Source: Octopus vulgaris
Taxonomy: Eukaryota
Length of the DNA: 64,000 bases
NCBI GenBank assembly: GCA_951406725.2
Contig: OX597816.1
Coordinates: 134,292,001 to 134,356,000, forward strand
Direction of reading: 5' to 3'
Part shown: piece by piece, positions 25,161 to 39,593 of the stretch
Position numbering within the stretch: position 1 is the first letter of the stretch
Layout: every line of letters starts with the position of its first letter
Made by a program: the position numbers and the translations under genes
Notes under the pieces: generated by a model
Database searches by the model: none
Told to the model about the DNA's origin: nothing
The model's input: the letters and a program-made list of their open reading frames with translations, nothing else

Positions 25161-25487
25161 GTAACATTTTTTTATGTAGTTCACCAATGTGCTGGATTAA
25201 GTTTGGCAAATTATTTCATGAGTTATTGCTTGCACATAAGTCAAAAAATCTCCCTCCTTCTCAATTGTAGATTAACTTTATGGATAGAATTCTTTTATTC
25301 TTTTACTTGTTTCAGTTATTTAACTGCAACCTTGCTGGAGCACCACCTTTTTAGTCAAGCAAATCGACCCCAGGGCTTATTCTTTGTAAGCCTAGTACTT
25401 ATTCTATCAGCCCAAACACAGACACACAAACATATAGACACACTGTGTTTGGGCTGATAGAATATATATATATATATATATATATAT

Positions 25488-25752
25488 ATCAACAATCAAG
25501 GAACGGCCATAATAGGCCATTCACCCACTAGAAATAACAGCCAAAGCTTCAACCGCAAATAAATTAATTAATTTTTATTTGCGGTTGAAGCTTTGGCTGT
25601 TATTTCTAGTGGGTGAATGGCCTATTATGGCCGTTCCTTGATTGTTGATGTTGAACTTAAAAATGGTCTATGACTATTTAATTTTTTCCCACTAGGCCGC
25701 TGGTGGCAAAAGAATTCTACAAAATTTTTTTTGCCACCCTATATTGATTAAT
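25488..25752. mobile_element. Fold-back element with perfect 76-bp arms, inserted in (TA)n inside a SINE
   Basis: 25488..25563 is the exact reverse complement of 25574..25649; unique extension to ~25752. Confidence 0.8.
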
Positions 25753-27013
25753 TATATATATATATATATATATATGACAGGATTCTTTCAGTTTCCGCCT
25801 ACCACATCCACTCACAAGGCTTTGGTCGACCCAAGGCTATAGTAGAAGACACTTGCCCAAGGTGCCATGCAGTGGGACTGAACCTGGAGCTATGTGGTTG
25901 GTAAGCAAGCTACTTACCATACAGCCACTCCTGAACTGAAAGAACAATATGCAAGGGATTTTTTTTTTTTTGAGGGTACAATATAATGATCCTTACATAT
26001 ACCTGAAGCATTATATTTATAGATAATAAGAAATGTAAAGTTCTTTTCCTTTCTCAAGGGAATGAAGAACACATGTAATCATAACTGGATCCTTCATTAG
26101 GTTCATAAGCTTACTGCTTTACTGTAGTGCCTGTCAAGATGCAACATAATATTTATAGCAAAATATGGTTTCATGACACTATATCTTTGAATATGTGTAT
26201 GTGTGTGTGTGTATGTATCAATCAATCAATCATCATTTTTATGTCCACTTTTCTGTGCTTGCATGGGTCTGATGGAATTTTGTTAGTATGAATTTTCTCC
26301 AGCTGGATGCCCTTCCTGTTGCCAACCCTCACCTGTTTCCAAGTAAGGTAGGATTTCTCTATAAGCAAACATGTTTTTATGGAAGATTGGAAATGGATGA
26401 CACTGCTTGCATGACAGTAACATTCATTTTGCATTTATCAGGATGTCAAAGCAAGAAAACAGTGATACACATATGCATACACAGACACACATACACATAT
26501 GCATACATACATACATACATACATACATACATACATACATACATACATACATACATACATTTATTTATTTATTTATTTATTTATTTATTTGTGTGTTTGT
26601 GTGCATGAATGATTGAATGACAAGCTTCTTTCAGTTTCTGTTTACCAAATCCATTCACAAGGTTTTGATCAGCTTCAGGCTATAACAAAAGACACTCAGC
26701 CAAGGTGCCTACAGTGGGATTGAACCTGGAACCATGTGTTTGGGAAGCAAACTTCTTGCATTGTTATTTTTAGTGCAGGATTTCAACATTTTGTCTTACA
26801 TTCAGAAAATAATCAACCAGTTGAAACATACTACAGGAAGAAACACAAAAAGTGGGATTAATTGTAGAGAAGCAATTTCATAAACATGAACACAAGTACT
26901 GAAAGTAGTAATTATTGAGTTATATTAGTTTTTAATTCCTATACTTTATATAAAATGAGTAAACATCTTACATGGACATCCAGTTAAAAATAGTTCATTC
27001 TTTGAATTTTTAG

Positions 27014-27205
27014 GCAGTCCAAGAAAAGTGGGGTTCAGAGAAGCACAAACTTCTAAAGAAACCTGCCAACTGGCTTCCATTTGTAAAATTAATACCAAGC
27101 AAAAATATAGAGCAAGAGAAGAAGTGGACAGAACTGAGGCAGAAAAAACAAATTGATGTGTTATTATTGCAACAGTCTAGTCTACTGAAGTTAACAGACC
27201 CTGAT
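27014..27205 (+). CDS. Host gene exon 6 (AVQEKWGSE...ANWLPFVKL...LTDPD)
   Basis: tttttag acceptor, GAT|gtaata donor, 192 nt, phase 0/0. Confidence 0.8.
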
Positions 27206-28654
27206 GTAATATACCTATTTTTTATGCTCCTTTTTTTTCATTATCTTGTCTGAGGATTTCATCATGTTTATCCATGGGAGTGACATCTAGTCATTCTTGT
27301 GCAGTGACTGTTTAAAGTGAAGAAGAATTGCACACTGTCAACTCCACTCTCACATCTGTGACCATCTTGCATCCTGTGGCAAGACCAGGTCGAGATAACT
27401 GGGGATGGAGATCAATGCAATGGATGACAAAGATGCCTTACATGCCTCATCTTGCTCTCTGCACTCCACAATGTATTGCTGCAGCCACCTTTCACTCCAT
27501 TGAATCATGAAGGTTTATTTTGCAAAAGTAAGATACTGCAATAGGTGTTTTACTGATACTAGTTCAGTGAGTTTATTCTGTTCTCATCAAAATTAATTTT
27601 TCTTATCTTGTTGTATAACTCCCAGGCCAGCCTTGATCAAGTAAATCTATAATCAAAGATGTTTTAACTGTTATCATCACAAGTTTTCTTTCAAGCATAA
27701 TGTATCTGTGCTATTTCTGTGCAGTTGAGTTACCATGTAGAGCAGAAGTAGGGATTTTTTTCTACTAGGAGTGGCTTGCAAGTATGAGAAAAATAATGTG
27801 ATGAGTAAAATAATGAATTTATAATTTTCAGAATTCATTGGCATGAAGTTTATGTTAAATTACTGTTTTGGTCTTTGCGAAATTTAAACTGTTTTTCATG
27901 TGGGTTTTTAGAGGATTTCAAATTTGAAGGCTTGTGAAAAACTTTGCCCATTGCCAAGCTGATACAGTGGCTTCCATATTGACTCAACATTATTATTTGA
28001 TACTGGAATATTGCTACTGATGTACCTGTTCAATTGGGAAAGCATTGCTAAGACATAGTGCTTACTTCAGTCACTTCACTGTTAAATAGTTTGTATTATG
28101 AATTCATGTAACATCTAAGTTTTCACAAACATTTTAAACAATTGGTAAAAACTAAATATAAAACAATATAAAATAAGAATATTAGTTTTCATTTTTTTTA
28201 GAAATAATCTCTAACATTCTAAGATGAGTTACTGTTATTCAGTTATTAATTTTATTGACTATTAGCATCTTTAGATTTTATATATACATGTTTATGTGTT
28301 TTGACTAGTTTGATCTCTGATACTTAGCAAGGATCATCTTGAATGTGTATATTTTTCCCAACATGGATTTAAGGTAGAGACTTAGCTTAAATCCTACATA
28401 TTTCTAAATGATGGAATATTAACATCCCATATTCTTTGTCAATAATTTTTACCTAAAATAAAGTAAAGGTTCCTTGTTCAAATTCAATGTGAGACAAATG
28501 TATATACATGAGAATAACACACCTTACTTTAATCTAAAATCAATGTCATTGAAATGTAACATACATGAAATAAATACTTTCAAAGTGAACTTAATAGCAT
28601 GGGAAATAATCAACTGAATTTTCTTAGAACATTTTAATTTCCTAATTTTTCTAG

Positions 28655-28800
28655 AAAGTCATAGTTACTTTGAAAAACCATGTATCAATTGCAAATGGGG
28701 ATAACATGAAAGGTGAAGTAGCTTCTTCAAGTTTTAAACAGTTCCAGAAGACGGAAAAACTATGGAAGAAGATATATTCAAACCCAGAAATCTTCGTTTT
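28655..28800 (+). CDS. Host gene exon 7 (KVIVTLKNH...LWKKIYSNPEIFV)
   Basis: tttctag acceptor, TT|gtaaat donor, phase 0/2. Confidence 0.8.
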
Positions 28801-29122
28801 GTAAATATTACACATTTTTCTTAAATATGTTTAATTTAAATATCAAATTTGCCTTTTAATTGCTGTGTTGATATCTCTTTAAAAATGTCAGGTAATCTGT
28901 CTCTTTCAGACCTATTGTTGTACAAAAATTGCAATGCAATTTCTTGAAGACTTTCTGCACAAATGGTGGGGGTATGGCCAACAGTATGAGAATCTAAGGA
29001 CTGAATATTATGAACTTTTTAGATGACTGAAACAAGTAAAAGATAAAAAATAAATGATACTTCCATTTATTAAAGAGCGAGTTACTACAGATGTAGAACT
29101 GTTGTGAATGGAAAGTAACATA

Positions 29123-29327
29123 TATGAGGGGGTGCTGAAACATTCCTGACTTTGGGTAAAAAAATTACAGGAGGGTCAGTTAATTATGATTTTATTCAAC
29201 ATATTCCTCTCTCAGATTCACACACTTATTGCAGCAGTCCTTCAGTTTTTCTAAGCCCTGTAAAAGAACTCAGAAGGTTGGGCTTTCAACTAGACATTTT
29301 GTGATACCCTTAGAGCACCCCCTTGTA
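29123..29327. mobile_element. Mariner-type MITE / internal deletion derivative
   Basis: TA-TGAGGGGGTGCT ... AGCACCCCCTTG-TA ends. Confidence 0.65.
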
Positions 29328-30014
29328 TTACTTCACTCATATCTTTTTTTTCTGTTTTTCACTTGTTTCAGTCATTAGACTGCGGTCATGCTAGGGCACT
29401 GCCTTGAAGGGTTTTAGTCAGAGAAATTAGTTTTTTAAAGCCTAGTACTTATTCTATTGGTTTCTTTGGCTGAACTGCTAAGTTACAGGGACATAACACC
29501 AATTGTCAAGTGGTGGTGGTGGTGGGGACAAACAGAGACACAAAGACATGCACACATAGATACACATGCACATACGACAGGCTTCTTTCAGTTTCCATCC
29601 ACAAAATCCACTCATAAGGCTTTGGTTGGCCCAAAGCTATTGTAGAAGACACTTGCCCAAGGTGCCATGCAGTGGGACTGAGCCTGAAACAATGTGGTTG
29701 GGAAGCAAGCTTCTTTCCACAAAGCCACACCTATATATATAAGATTTTTCACATATTCAAAATAACTTCATTCTGCCACAAGTTTGAGTCAGTTATTTTA
29801 TATAAAAGCCTAAATTTATTTAATAAAATCCAAATGTTTAATACTTACTACCTCTTAATGTTAAAATGTTAGAAATCTGTAATTATAAGCTTCAAGAGTT
29901 GAGAAACATTTATTTTCTTTGGTGAATGTCTATAAAATAATACCATAGCAGATTGGTTCTATGAATTCTCTTTATGCTTAATTTTAAAAAATCTTTATTT
30001 TCTTTGTGCTATAG

Positions 30015-30118
30015 GAATCAGTCTGAATTAGCAGGTGAGCAGGAGAATGAAAAATCAACCAAAATGCCAACATTCCGTGCAAGCACCTATGATTATTTCT
30101 CAGCATTGAGGATGTTAG
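30015..30118 (+). CDS. Host gene exon 8 (NQSELAGE...YDYFSALRML)
   Basis: ctatag acceptor, G|gtaaga donor, phase 2/1. Confidence 0.8.
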
Positions 30119-31811
30119 GTAAGAGATTCTCTTGACTTGTGTAGTACATTCTGTTAAATGGTTGGCATTAGGAAGGGCATCCAGCCCTAGAAACCAAGCC
30201 AGAACAGATGACTGGAACCTAGTGCAGCTCTCCAAATTACCAGTCCCAGTGAAACCATCTAACACATGCCAACATGTAAAACAGATGTTAAGTGAGACGA
30301 CGGTGACAACAAAACGTAGTAACTTACTTTGATACAAAATGACTCTCATTGTACACCTAGCTACATTTTGTTTCATCAAAAAGTTCTATATCCTCCACCA
30401 CATACTACTACCATAAAATTAGAGACCAAACCAGCACTGCTTAACTGTCTTAAAATGTTTTCTTTCACTGTAAGAAAACCAAGATTATTTCATCATTTCC
30501 ACATATTTTTATATGAACAGATGAAGACATCTAATACCATTAGTGGTAATAATATGATATATGATTTCTTATGGTTCCAGGTCATGCTTCCGAATTAACT
30601 CCCTTTTATGACATTAAGTCATACTACCATTTCATTTTCTTGATTCTAGATTTTTTTCTGTGCATTTTTCCAACTCATCCTCATACGTTTTATCTAAAAC
30701 ATCTCTTGTATTGATTTCTTCTTTAAAAAATTAAATTTTACTTAAGCTATTTGTCTGTTGACTAAAATATTTATTTATTTGAATATCTACATGTTTACTG
30801 TATGTAATAGGTACACCATATCTGCCATATCTCTGAAGTGTTGTTAACAGGAAGGGTATCTGATTGTAAAATATTGCTTTACAAAAGAGAACAATGACAG
30901 TATAAGCCCCATTTTAGTGGAGAAAATGGTATTAAAACATTTGTTGTTGTTACCTAGCTACATGTATGTAACTGCTGAAAAATAAATAGGAAAAATAAAG
31001 GAGAAAAGTTCAAGGAAATTTTGGAGAGAATTCACGAAGCAGTCACACGAATTCAGGTTACTATTGGTGGCATCATCATCATCATTATCAACTTCATATT
31101 TTACATTAACTTTCTATGCTAGCATGGGTTGGCTAGCTTGACAGTATCAAATGACTTACACTGCTCCAGTTTCAACATGGTTTACGACTGGATACCTTTC
31201 CTAATGACAACCACATTACAGAGTGTATTGGGTGATTTTTTTTTGTTGTTTTTTTTTGTTTGTAGCAACAGCACTATCAAGGTTGTCTTGCAACTTGTAA
31301 CACTAAAGAGCCTGTAGAACTCCTATGACTGAAAGGAGAATGTGTTGACTTGGGGTAAGATGATGAGAGAGAGTAGAATATAATGAGAGGAATCATCATT
31401 ATCATCATCATCATCGTTTAACGTCTGCCTTCCATGCTGGCATGGGTGGGGCAGTTTGACAAGAGCTGGCCAGGCAGAAGCCTGCACCAGACGTTTGTAA
31501 CTGTTTTGGCAGGCTATTTACAGCTGGATGCACTTCCTAACACCTACCACTCAGCAGAGTGAATAGATTTATTATTGTGGAATACTGGTAGTAAAGACAA
31601 TAAAAGAATATTCATTGTTGAGTAAAGGAGATTAGAGGGGACAGCAAAAAGGAGAAAGGATTTGTGTCTAGGGTTGAATCTACAAGAAAATTATAATTTC
31701 ATGTCTTTGAATCATATGTGTATTTAGTTTTAAAATATTCTCTTCTGTTGTTCATATTTAAAAAAATTTTATTGTAGCTAATTTGAATGTGTTATCCGTG
31801 GAATTAGTGAA

Positions 31812-32141
31812 GGCGCATGGCTCAGTGGTTAGAGTGTCGAGCTTACGATCATGAGGTTGTGAGCTCGAATCCCAGACTGGGCTGCATGTTGTGTTCTTGA
31901 GCAAGACACTTTATTTCACGTTGCTCCAGTTCACTTAGCTGTAGAAATGAGTTGCGACATCACAGGTGCCAAGCTGTATCGGCCTTTGCCTTTCCCTTGG
32001 ATAACACTGGTGGTGTGGAGAGGGGAGGCCAGTATGCTTGGGTGACTGCTGGTCTTCCATAAACAACCTTGCCCGGACTTGGGCCTGGGAGGGTAACTTT
32101 CTAGGTGCAATTCCATGGTCTGTGTCGTGACTGAAGGGGGT
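31812..32141 (+). mobile_element. tRNA-derived SINE family A (also 56983..57320 +, 51704..52040 -, related heads ~9665 +, ~55900-56020 -, ~60290-60400 -)
   Basis: A box TGGCTCAGTGG, B-box-like GAGCTCGAATCC / GAGTTCGATTCC; the copies are colinear. Confidence 0.85.
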
Positions 32142-32659
32142 CAATATCAATGGAAATATTAATTTTTATTATTTGTGAGGCAAATTGGTAGGATACTTGT
32201 GAACTAAATATACAGTAGTTTGTATCATATTATCTGCATTCAGCTAAAACATTTAACATGACTGAATCCACTTAAATCTTCAAAGACATCACTAGAAAGT
32301 ATTGTTCAGACCTCTCTCTCTGGTGAAGTGTTTAGACTCTGTGTGTGTGTGTATGTGCGTGTGTGCATGTGTGCATGCGTGCGTGCATGCGTGTGTGTGT
32401 GTGCATGCACGTGTGCACCAAGGTACATTTAGAGGTAAAACACAATGGAATATTATTTTACGAATAAGCAAAGTAAATATTAGTAACAATAGCTGATCAT
32501 ATCCAAATTAAATTGTTTATTAATTTTGTGTTCAAACCTTCTTGTGGTTAGTTTTTATTTCTGTCTGCCCGGATAAATGATTATGAATAATATACTTGGT
32601 TTGACTTATTAAACAGAATTCAACCTCTACAAAATTTAGCCTCGATCCCAAGTAAGAAT

Positions 32660-33303
32660 TTATATTTCTCAAAAGAAATGAAGCCAATATGCTCTGCTGG
32701 ATAGGTAATGTCATTGTGGATATACAACAGATTGTGAGTGATTTGAAAGAAAAACTGGGTATACGAGACATCAGATGTAGTGTGCAAGAGAGAAGACTGC
32801 ACTGGTACAGTCATGTAATGTGTATGAATGAAGGCAGATGCATCAAGACGTGTTCATCTCTAATAGTGAAGGGAACATGTAGTGGAGTAGACCATAGAGG
32901 TCATGAGACAAAGTGGTGAGAAAGGATCTTCAGATGTTGGGCCTCACAGAGGGGATGATGGAACCGACTCCTGGTGTTTTGCTGTGGTTGAGAAGACACA
33001 TCAAGCTAAGGAAAATCGTGGTTGTCTTTGCATACAGGCATGTCCCTATCTCCCACTCCAGCTCATGGGTGCTAGTACCAAGTAAAAAGCACTCGTACCA
33101 GTGCCGTGTAAATGTACCTATACCGGTGCTGCATAAAAGCATCCAGTACACTCTGTGAAGTGGCTGGTGTTAGAAAAAGCATCCAGCTGTAGAAACCATG
33201 CCAAAACAGACATGGAGCCTGGACAACTCTCCAGCTGGTTAGCTCCTGTCAAACCGTCAAACCCATGTCAGCATGGAAAATGGACATTAAATGATGATGA
33301 TGA
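32660..33303 (+). mobile_element. RTE LINE 3' fragment with tail
   Basis: LKEKLGIRDIRCSVQERRLHWYSHV; conserved 3' UTR and (GAT)n. Confidence 0.8.
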
Positions 33304-33952
33304 CTTAAGGAGAGAATGGTCAATGATATAGAGTAAGAGGGAAACTCCCAGTGAACCAACTCTATGTTCTTGTTATAATATTTTGCTGAAGTTATTTTGC
33401 ATCATTTACTGCTAATGATCTTGAGAAAGTCATCAATATTATATTTCATTTTTATCCCCAGAATATGGGGTCTTTGTGTTTGCTAAAAGCAAACCAGTAT
33501 TTATGAGGAAGATAGGTTAGTTTTGCAAATTTTAATTTTTTATATTAGTTTAATTGTGTTAGAACAGTTTTCCTTACAGTTGGATGCTTTTCTAAATACT
33601 AATTAGTCACCTGTGAAGTGAGAACAGTGCTTGATTTTACTTAGTAAAATTAAGCATTTTTAATATAAAGAAGCATATACATTGGGCTTTGAAATCAAGG
33701 CATTTTACAATCTTCTGCATGCTTCTTTAGCCTTTTACCATTTAAACTGATCATACCCAGCCAAAATATTCTTTTTTTTTTATGTTCAAACTATCTGGAT
33801 ACAGCCTCTCACACCTACCCTATTGTAAAAATAAACAATCACATCTTCAAAATCTCAAAGCTATGAAATGATGCATGGCTAGTTCCAAACAATGCAAAAA
33901 AATAAGCACTACATTTTACAGAGATACCTGAATGCTAAAGGATTAATTAGAT

Positions 33953-34162
33953 CAGTGTTTCTCAACCATTTTTTTTACCTATAGACCCTATTTTACACTA
34001 CTGAATCTGCTGTATTATTTAATTAAATTTTATTAGGAATTGTATAAAAAAATTAAAATATTTTGTTTATTGTGGAAGTATAAGCAATTTCTTGCACATA
34101 AAATTTAACAAAATCTTATATGAATCCTGAAAGGCTATATGGACCCTGGTTGAAAACCCCTG
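33953..34162. mobile_element. hAT-type MITE, adjacent to a piggyBac-type MITE (~33728..33945)
   Basis: CAGTGTTTCTCAACC / GGTTGAAAACCCCTG TIRs; imperfect 8-bp TSD aattagat/ggttagat. Confidence 0.7.
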
Positions 34163-34254
34163 GGTTAGATTATGTTTAGCTAAATTTTATTGCCAAATCT
34201 TCTCAAATATTTCCAGTTCAGGAGCTAAAAACTGAGAATTTTTTATTCACACAG

Positions 34255-34361
34255 GTTTGGAGGAAAATTCTCGTGACGAAGGATATTGTCCCTCAAAAAA
34301 TAGTAGTTATTCAGCATATCTATTGCTTCGACATCTACGCATTAGAGATTTGCAAATATCG
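34255..34361 (+). CDS. Host gene exon 9 (GLEENSRD...YLLLRHLRIRDLQIS)
   Basis: cacacag acceptor, TCG|gtgaga donor, phase 1/0. Confidence 0.85.
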
Positions 34362-36151
34362 GTGAGACAAATTGTTTGTGTTCTATTGATTATCTGAAAT
34401 ATTACATATGTAAATGCAGCTTAATATTTTGAAGAATTATTATAAAAGTGTCAATACTATCATTAGAAATTGTGGTGTTTGTTTTTTTCAGAAATTTTAC
34501 CCAAGAAAAAACAGAAAAAAAAATTATTAATTGTTAAAGAATAGCTACTTGTTATAAATTTTTTTTTTAAATCAGTAAAAAATAATTGTACAAATTGTTA
34601 AATTACTAGTTGTAAAAATAAATGATACACTTGTTAATAAGAATGAGAAAATATTGAGAAATTAGAACGCTTCCTATTTAGATTCAGCAGAAACACTACA
34701 ATTCAGACATCTTGTGTATTTATTGCTTTTTAAGTTATAGTTGTCACCATCACAGCCACTGTTGTCATTGTCATCATCATTATCATCATCATCATTGCTG
34801 TTGTTGTTGTCATCATCAACAAGACTTATCAGCATTATTATCATTATCACATGATCTGTTTGGATAATCTGCTTTTAGTTCTGGAACTAGATGTTTAACA
34901 CATTTAAATATGCTATTGTTATTGCTACATGTTGTGGTGAAATGGCTTGATGGATAAGGAATTAAGCTAACAACTCATTGGTCATAATTTCATATTGGCT
35001 ACAATCATTTGAGAATATCACAATTACATAACATTTAATTTTATATAATTTAATTCTAAAGCTTTCAATTCACTTAGCTGTCAGCAATAGCTACCAGTTT
35101 TTAGGATGTTATAAACAGAAAAATTCAGCTCTTATTCACTTAATACAACTAGATGTAAAACAAAGTCCCTGCATTATGAGCCCGTGTGTGTTGTTTTGAC
35201 ACTTCTTTTACCCCTTGTTTCCAGTCTTCTGTGATAGCATATCTGCTGATGGGAGAAATATTACCTTTTTTGGGAACAGGTTGGAGTTGGCAACAGAAAG
35301 GATATCTGGCATTGGAAAATCTGATACTTAAAATTCAGTCTGGTCCTTGTAAGTATGGAAAAGGGGATGCTAAAGAGATGATGATGATAGTGAATGGCAG
35401 CATTAATGAACATAAAGATATAGACATGAATGGGGTATATATCTTAATATATAAAATCCGTTCTGTCTGTCTGTTTGTATGCTTATAACTCAAGTATTGT
35501 TCATCTGATCATGCTGAAATTTTAAACAAGGATACATGAGAGAGCTGGGTGTTCCATAATCTAAAAAGATTTTCAAAATCGTTAGTTTCAAAGTGAGAAT
35601 CACTATTTTTGTAATCTTTACTGTCCTGTTTGTTCCGCCATTAAAACAACCAGTTGCTCAGACAGCCAGCATATACTGTTTCACTCGCAAAAAGGGGAGT
35701 ACAGGATGACAGTCAGCCAAAACCGTTGCTATGCTGTCTCTCTTCTTTCCTTTCTCTGTGGGGTTAATAATCTTAATCTTTAGTTAGAGTTTCTCATTCA
35801 AACTACATAATAGGCAGAATTGTTGGATTAAGACACTAGGGTGTTTTGAGGGAGATTTGGCTGCTATTTCTACCAGGTCTAGCTACCACTCTTCCTCCTC
35901 CTCCTCATCATCATCATCGCCGCCGCCGCCACCACAACCCCCCCCCCCATATTCCATGCTGACGTGGGTTTGATGACTTGATAGGATCCTATAGGGTAGA
36001 GGACATGTCATGGTCCAATGTTGTTCTGGCTTGGCTTCTATGGCAGGATGCCCTGCCTATTACCAGTCTCTTTGTTGGAATAATATATATTATTTATAAT
36101 TGGTTATACACTCTTTTTCATGTTCTAAACTCTTTCATTTATAAATTTTAG

Positions 36152-36249
36152 TGTTTATATACTCTTAACTACCTGAGATCTATACAACGAACTCTAACTA
36201 TCACTGATGCAGGACTGACTTTAAAACAGGGGAAACTGACAAAAAGCTG
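36152..36249 (+). CDS. Host gene exon 10 (CLYTLNYLRSIQRTLTITDAGL...)
   Basis: ttttag acceptor, TG|gtgaga donor, phase 0/2. Confidence 0.85.
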
Positions 36250-37324
36250 GTGAGAACTTGGTAACATTTTATCTTCTTTATGGACATTATTTATGAATAT
36301 TGATCGAGTTAAATGAATAAAACTTAAGAGCTTTTAGAGCAGTAGAAGGAAATTTGGCTTCTTCGTTCAGCTTTCTGTTTCATATAATAATGATGACCTT
36401 GTTGTATACAGTACTCAGGTTCACTACAACTCATTGGAAAAGGGTAAAAGAGGGAACAGAAAAAGCAGCATTATATCAAATAAAGAAAGACAGCAATGAT
36501 AGCTAAAAATACATACATAGGACAGAAAGTGAACTGTAAAAGAATTATAAAAAGGAAAGGGTGCATTACATTAATGGTTTCAAATTATGGCACAAGACTA
36601 TCATATCTGGGGGAGAGGGTAAGTTGATTACACTGACTCCAGTGTTCAGCCGGTACTTATTTTATTGACCCTGAAAGGATAAAAGGCAAAATCAACCTTG
36701 GTGGAATTTGAACTCAGAACATAAAGAAGGATGAAATGCCACTAAGCATTTTGTCCAGCATGCTAACTATTCTGCCAGCTTACTGCCTTAGGTGCATTTT
36801 ATTAATAAGATAGAAATGTTTTTGACATATCCTATGATAGACTTAAAATGCTGAATAATTTTTAAAGAAGTCTAGAGCATTATCTTACTATATTAGTTGC
36901 AGCTGTAGCATGTCAGGGAAGCTTTTTTGCTGTCTCATCATAGCACTGTTGTGCTATGGCAACTCCAACCAATCAGTGCTGGGTGTGTATTAATATCAAA
37001 AGCAGTTCTCTTCCTAAGAAGAGAAGCACACATTTTAACTAGTTAGCAGAAAAACAGCAGACAAGCAACATCTTTTCTCCAGCATGTGAATAGCCTCTTT
37101 CTTTTTCACATCAACATCATGCCACTAGCTCTGAATATTATCAGCTCTCACTCAAGTTGCCACATCATGAACAGCGTATTTCATTTATGCTAACTTCACT
37201 CCATGAAATTCTGGATAACATCGGTCACAACTCTACCATATTATGTTTCCATTGACACTGGCTCCATTTCTGTTAGCTTATAATGACTTCCAACTGAATC
37301 CATTTTTCAAATGTAAGTTATAAA

Positions 37325-37820
37325 TAATAATAATGAAATTATTGTATACAGTGCTCAGGTGCACCACAACTTGTCAAAAGTGCGTGTAAAGCATGTGCAG
37401 TAATGTACAAATGTCTGGAAAGTGAACAGTATATGAGTCAGATACATGCTTGCATGTGTATGGAGGGGAGAAAATCAGGTGTAGTGTTAGCAAATCTCAG
37501 GAAGCATGGAAGTTTTGAAGGATGCAGTGCTCCGACAATTAACATCTGATGCCAGCAGTTTGTTCCATACTTCAGCAACTCTTAGCATGAAAAAATGTTT
37601 CCAAAAGTCATGGGAGCTGTGCTGTTTTCTGACTTTGTAAACATGTCCACGGGTGTTAGACAGGTGGAGTTTGAAAAGGTGCTCAGAGTTATTGTTTGTA
37701 AGATGGTTAATAATTCTATGGGTGTCTGCCAAGTCAGCTGCCAGACGTCAGAGTTTCAATGTATCCATGCCCAAGGAAGTAAGGCATTCAGAATATGGCA
37801 AATGCCTGATGGAGGGTATT
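37325..37820 (-). mobile_element. CR1/L2-like LINE 3' fragment (same family as 17420..17928)
   Basis: NHLTNNNSEHLF..SNTRGH.YKVRKQHSSHDF. Confidence 0.85.
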
Positions 37821-39593
37821 AAAGCTTTCTCTGACTCATGCACACACCCCGGCTATGTTCATACTACTTGTCAGTTCTCATTATCCTTTAATAAACTAAA
37901 TTATTTTGTATAAAAATATCTTCTGATATTTTCATTATACATACTTCTCAAAAGTTCACTGGATCTCTCTATGAACACTTTCACTAAAGTAGTAACTTTT
38001 TACCAACTTTCACACTATAAATAGTGACTACTCTCACTAAACAGCTCAACAAGAAGATAACTAATTACTGAACTGCCTCTTAAAATGTTGAATATTTTTA
38101 ATGTGACAATGTTTATATAATGTTTATTAATATGGCAAAGTGGACATGCTTTTTTCACTCCTCAATCATGTGCTAAAGGGAAAATTCTGTTAAATATCTA
38201 CATTAAAACTAAGTGAATTACTAATACTCATAAACTCCATTCTTACAAAAAGGCCCAAATTCTTGTATAATTTGTGTATAACCAAAGTCCTATGTCCTGT
38301 TTCTCTCTCAGCTCTTTTATGGGCTTTTTAGCAAAGAGGTTGTGATTAATTTCTTTTAAGAATTATCTGCTAGTGATGCAAATGTTTTGTTCTGAACTTT
38401 GCCTCACATAGACAACATCTCAAAATCCATCAGAGGAGTTTTCTTTAAAGTGGAAGTTTGTATTGGCAGCAGCAATAATAATGTTGTTGACAATTATGAT
38501 GATGCTACATAAGTTTTTCAGGAGCTAAATGCACAAACTCCTCTTGTAGCGTTTTGCCTTTTGTCAAAGTATAACTGACCTGTGGTACCATTCTTTAGGC
38601 TCAAATGTCAAATTGCATGTAACAAAAAAATTATAACATTCCAGCATCTTTGTTAATTTTCCGTTTTCATTATTTTAAACTGGAATAAGGGAGCAAGCTT
38701 GCAAAATGACTGGCATGCAGAATAAAATGCTGTTAAACATTTTGTCTGTCTTTACATTCTAGTTCAAATTCTGCTGAAGTCAATTTTACCTTTCATCCTT
38801 TTGAAGTCAATGAAATAAGTACCCAGTTGTACACTCTGGTTGCTGTAATTGACTAACCCACTTCTCTCAAAATGCCAAGCCATGTGCCTGTAGAAGAAAG
38901 GATTATGTTAGACGAGATTTATAAAACACAGACTTTTTTTATCACTGTTATCATATTTATGAAGTCTTAGTTTTAATCTTCTATTATAATTCCATTGACA
39001 TCTAAGTTGTTTTATTAAATTGGTCCTAGTATTTTATTGAATTCAGCTGGATGAGAGGTAAAACTGATCCTGGTAGAATTTGATCTCAGAACATAGAAAA
39101 CTATAACTAAACACTGTGGGCACTCTGCTTGATACTCTAATGTCTCTCCCTAATCACCACCAATCTCATACGTTATATCTTTGGATCATTGCACACACCT
39201 TACCTTCACACACTCACATACACACACATGCATGAGGAAGTAAACTGATTATATGCATACAGTTTACTTTCATTCTCAATAAATATAACTGTTATTAAGG
39301 CAGCAAGCTGGCAGAATTGCTAGCATGCCAGGCAAAATGCCGAGCAGCATTTCGTCTGTCTTAACATTTTGAGTTCAGATTCATCTTTTCAGAGTCAATA
39401 AAATAAGCACCTGTTGAGTACTGGGATCAATGTAATTGACTTACCCACTCACTTGATATTGCTGGCCTTGTGCTAAAATTTGAAATCAATAATTATATCT
39501 GTTGTTAATGTTTTCGCCATTAAGAAAGTTCATATAAATTTGTTTGCTTTTTATAAAAACAAGGATGTTATGAATTTTGATTTTCAATTTCAG

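Noticed and set aside
31812-31885. tRNA-like sequence (also 56983..57055)
   Set aside because: A and B boxes continue into a SINE body and no full cloverleaf forms; these are SINE heads, not tRNA genes.
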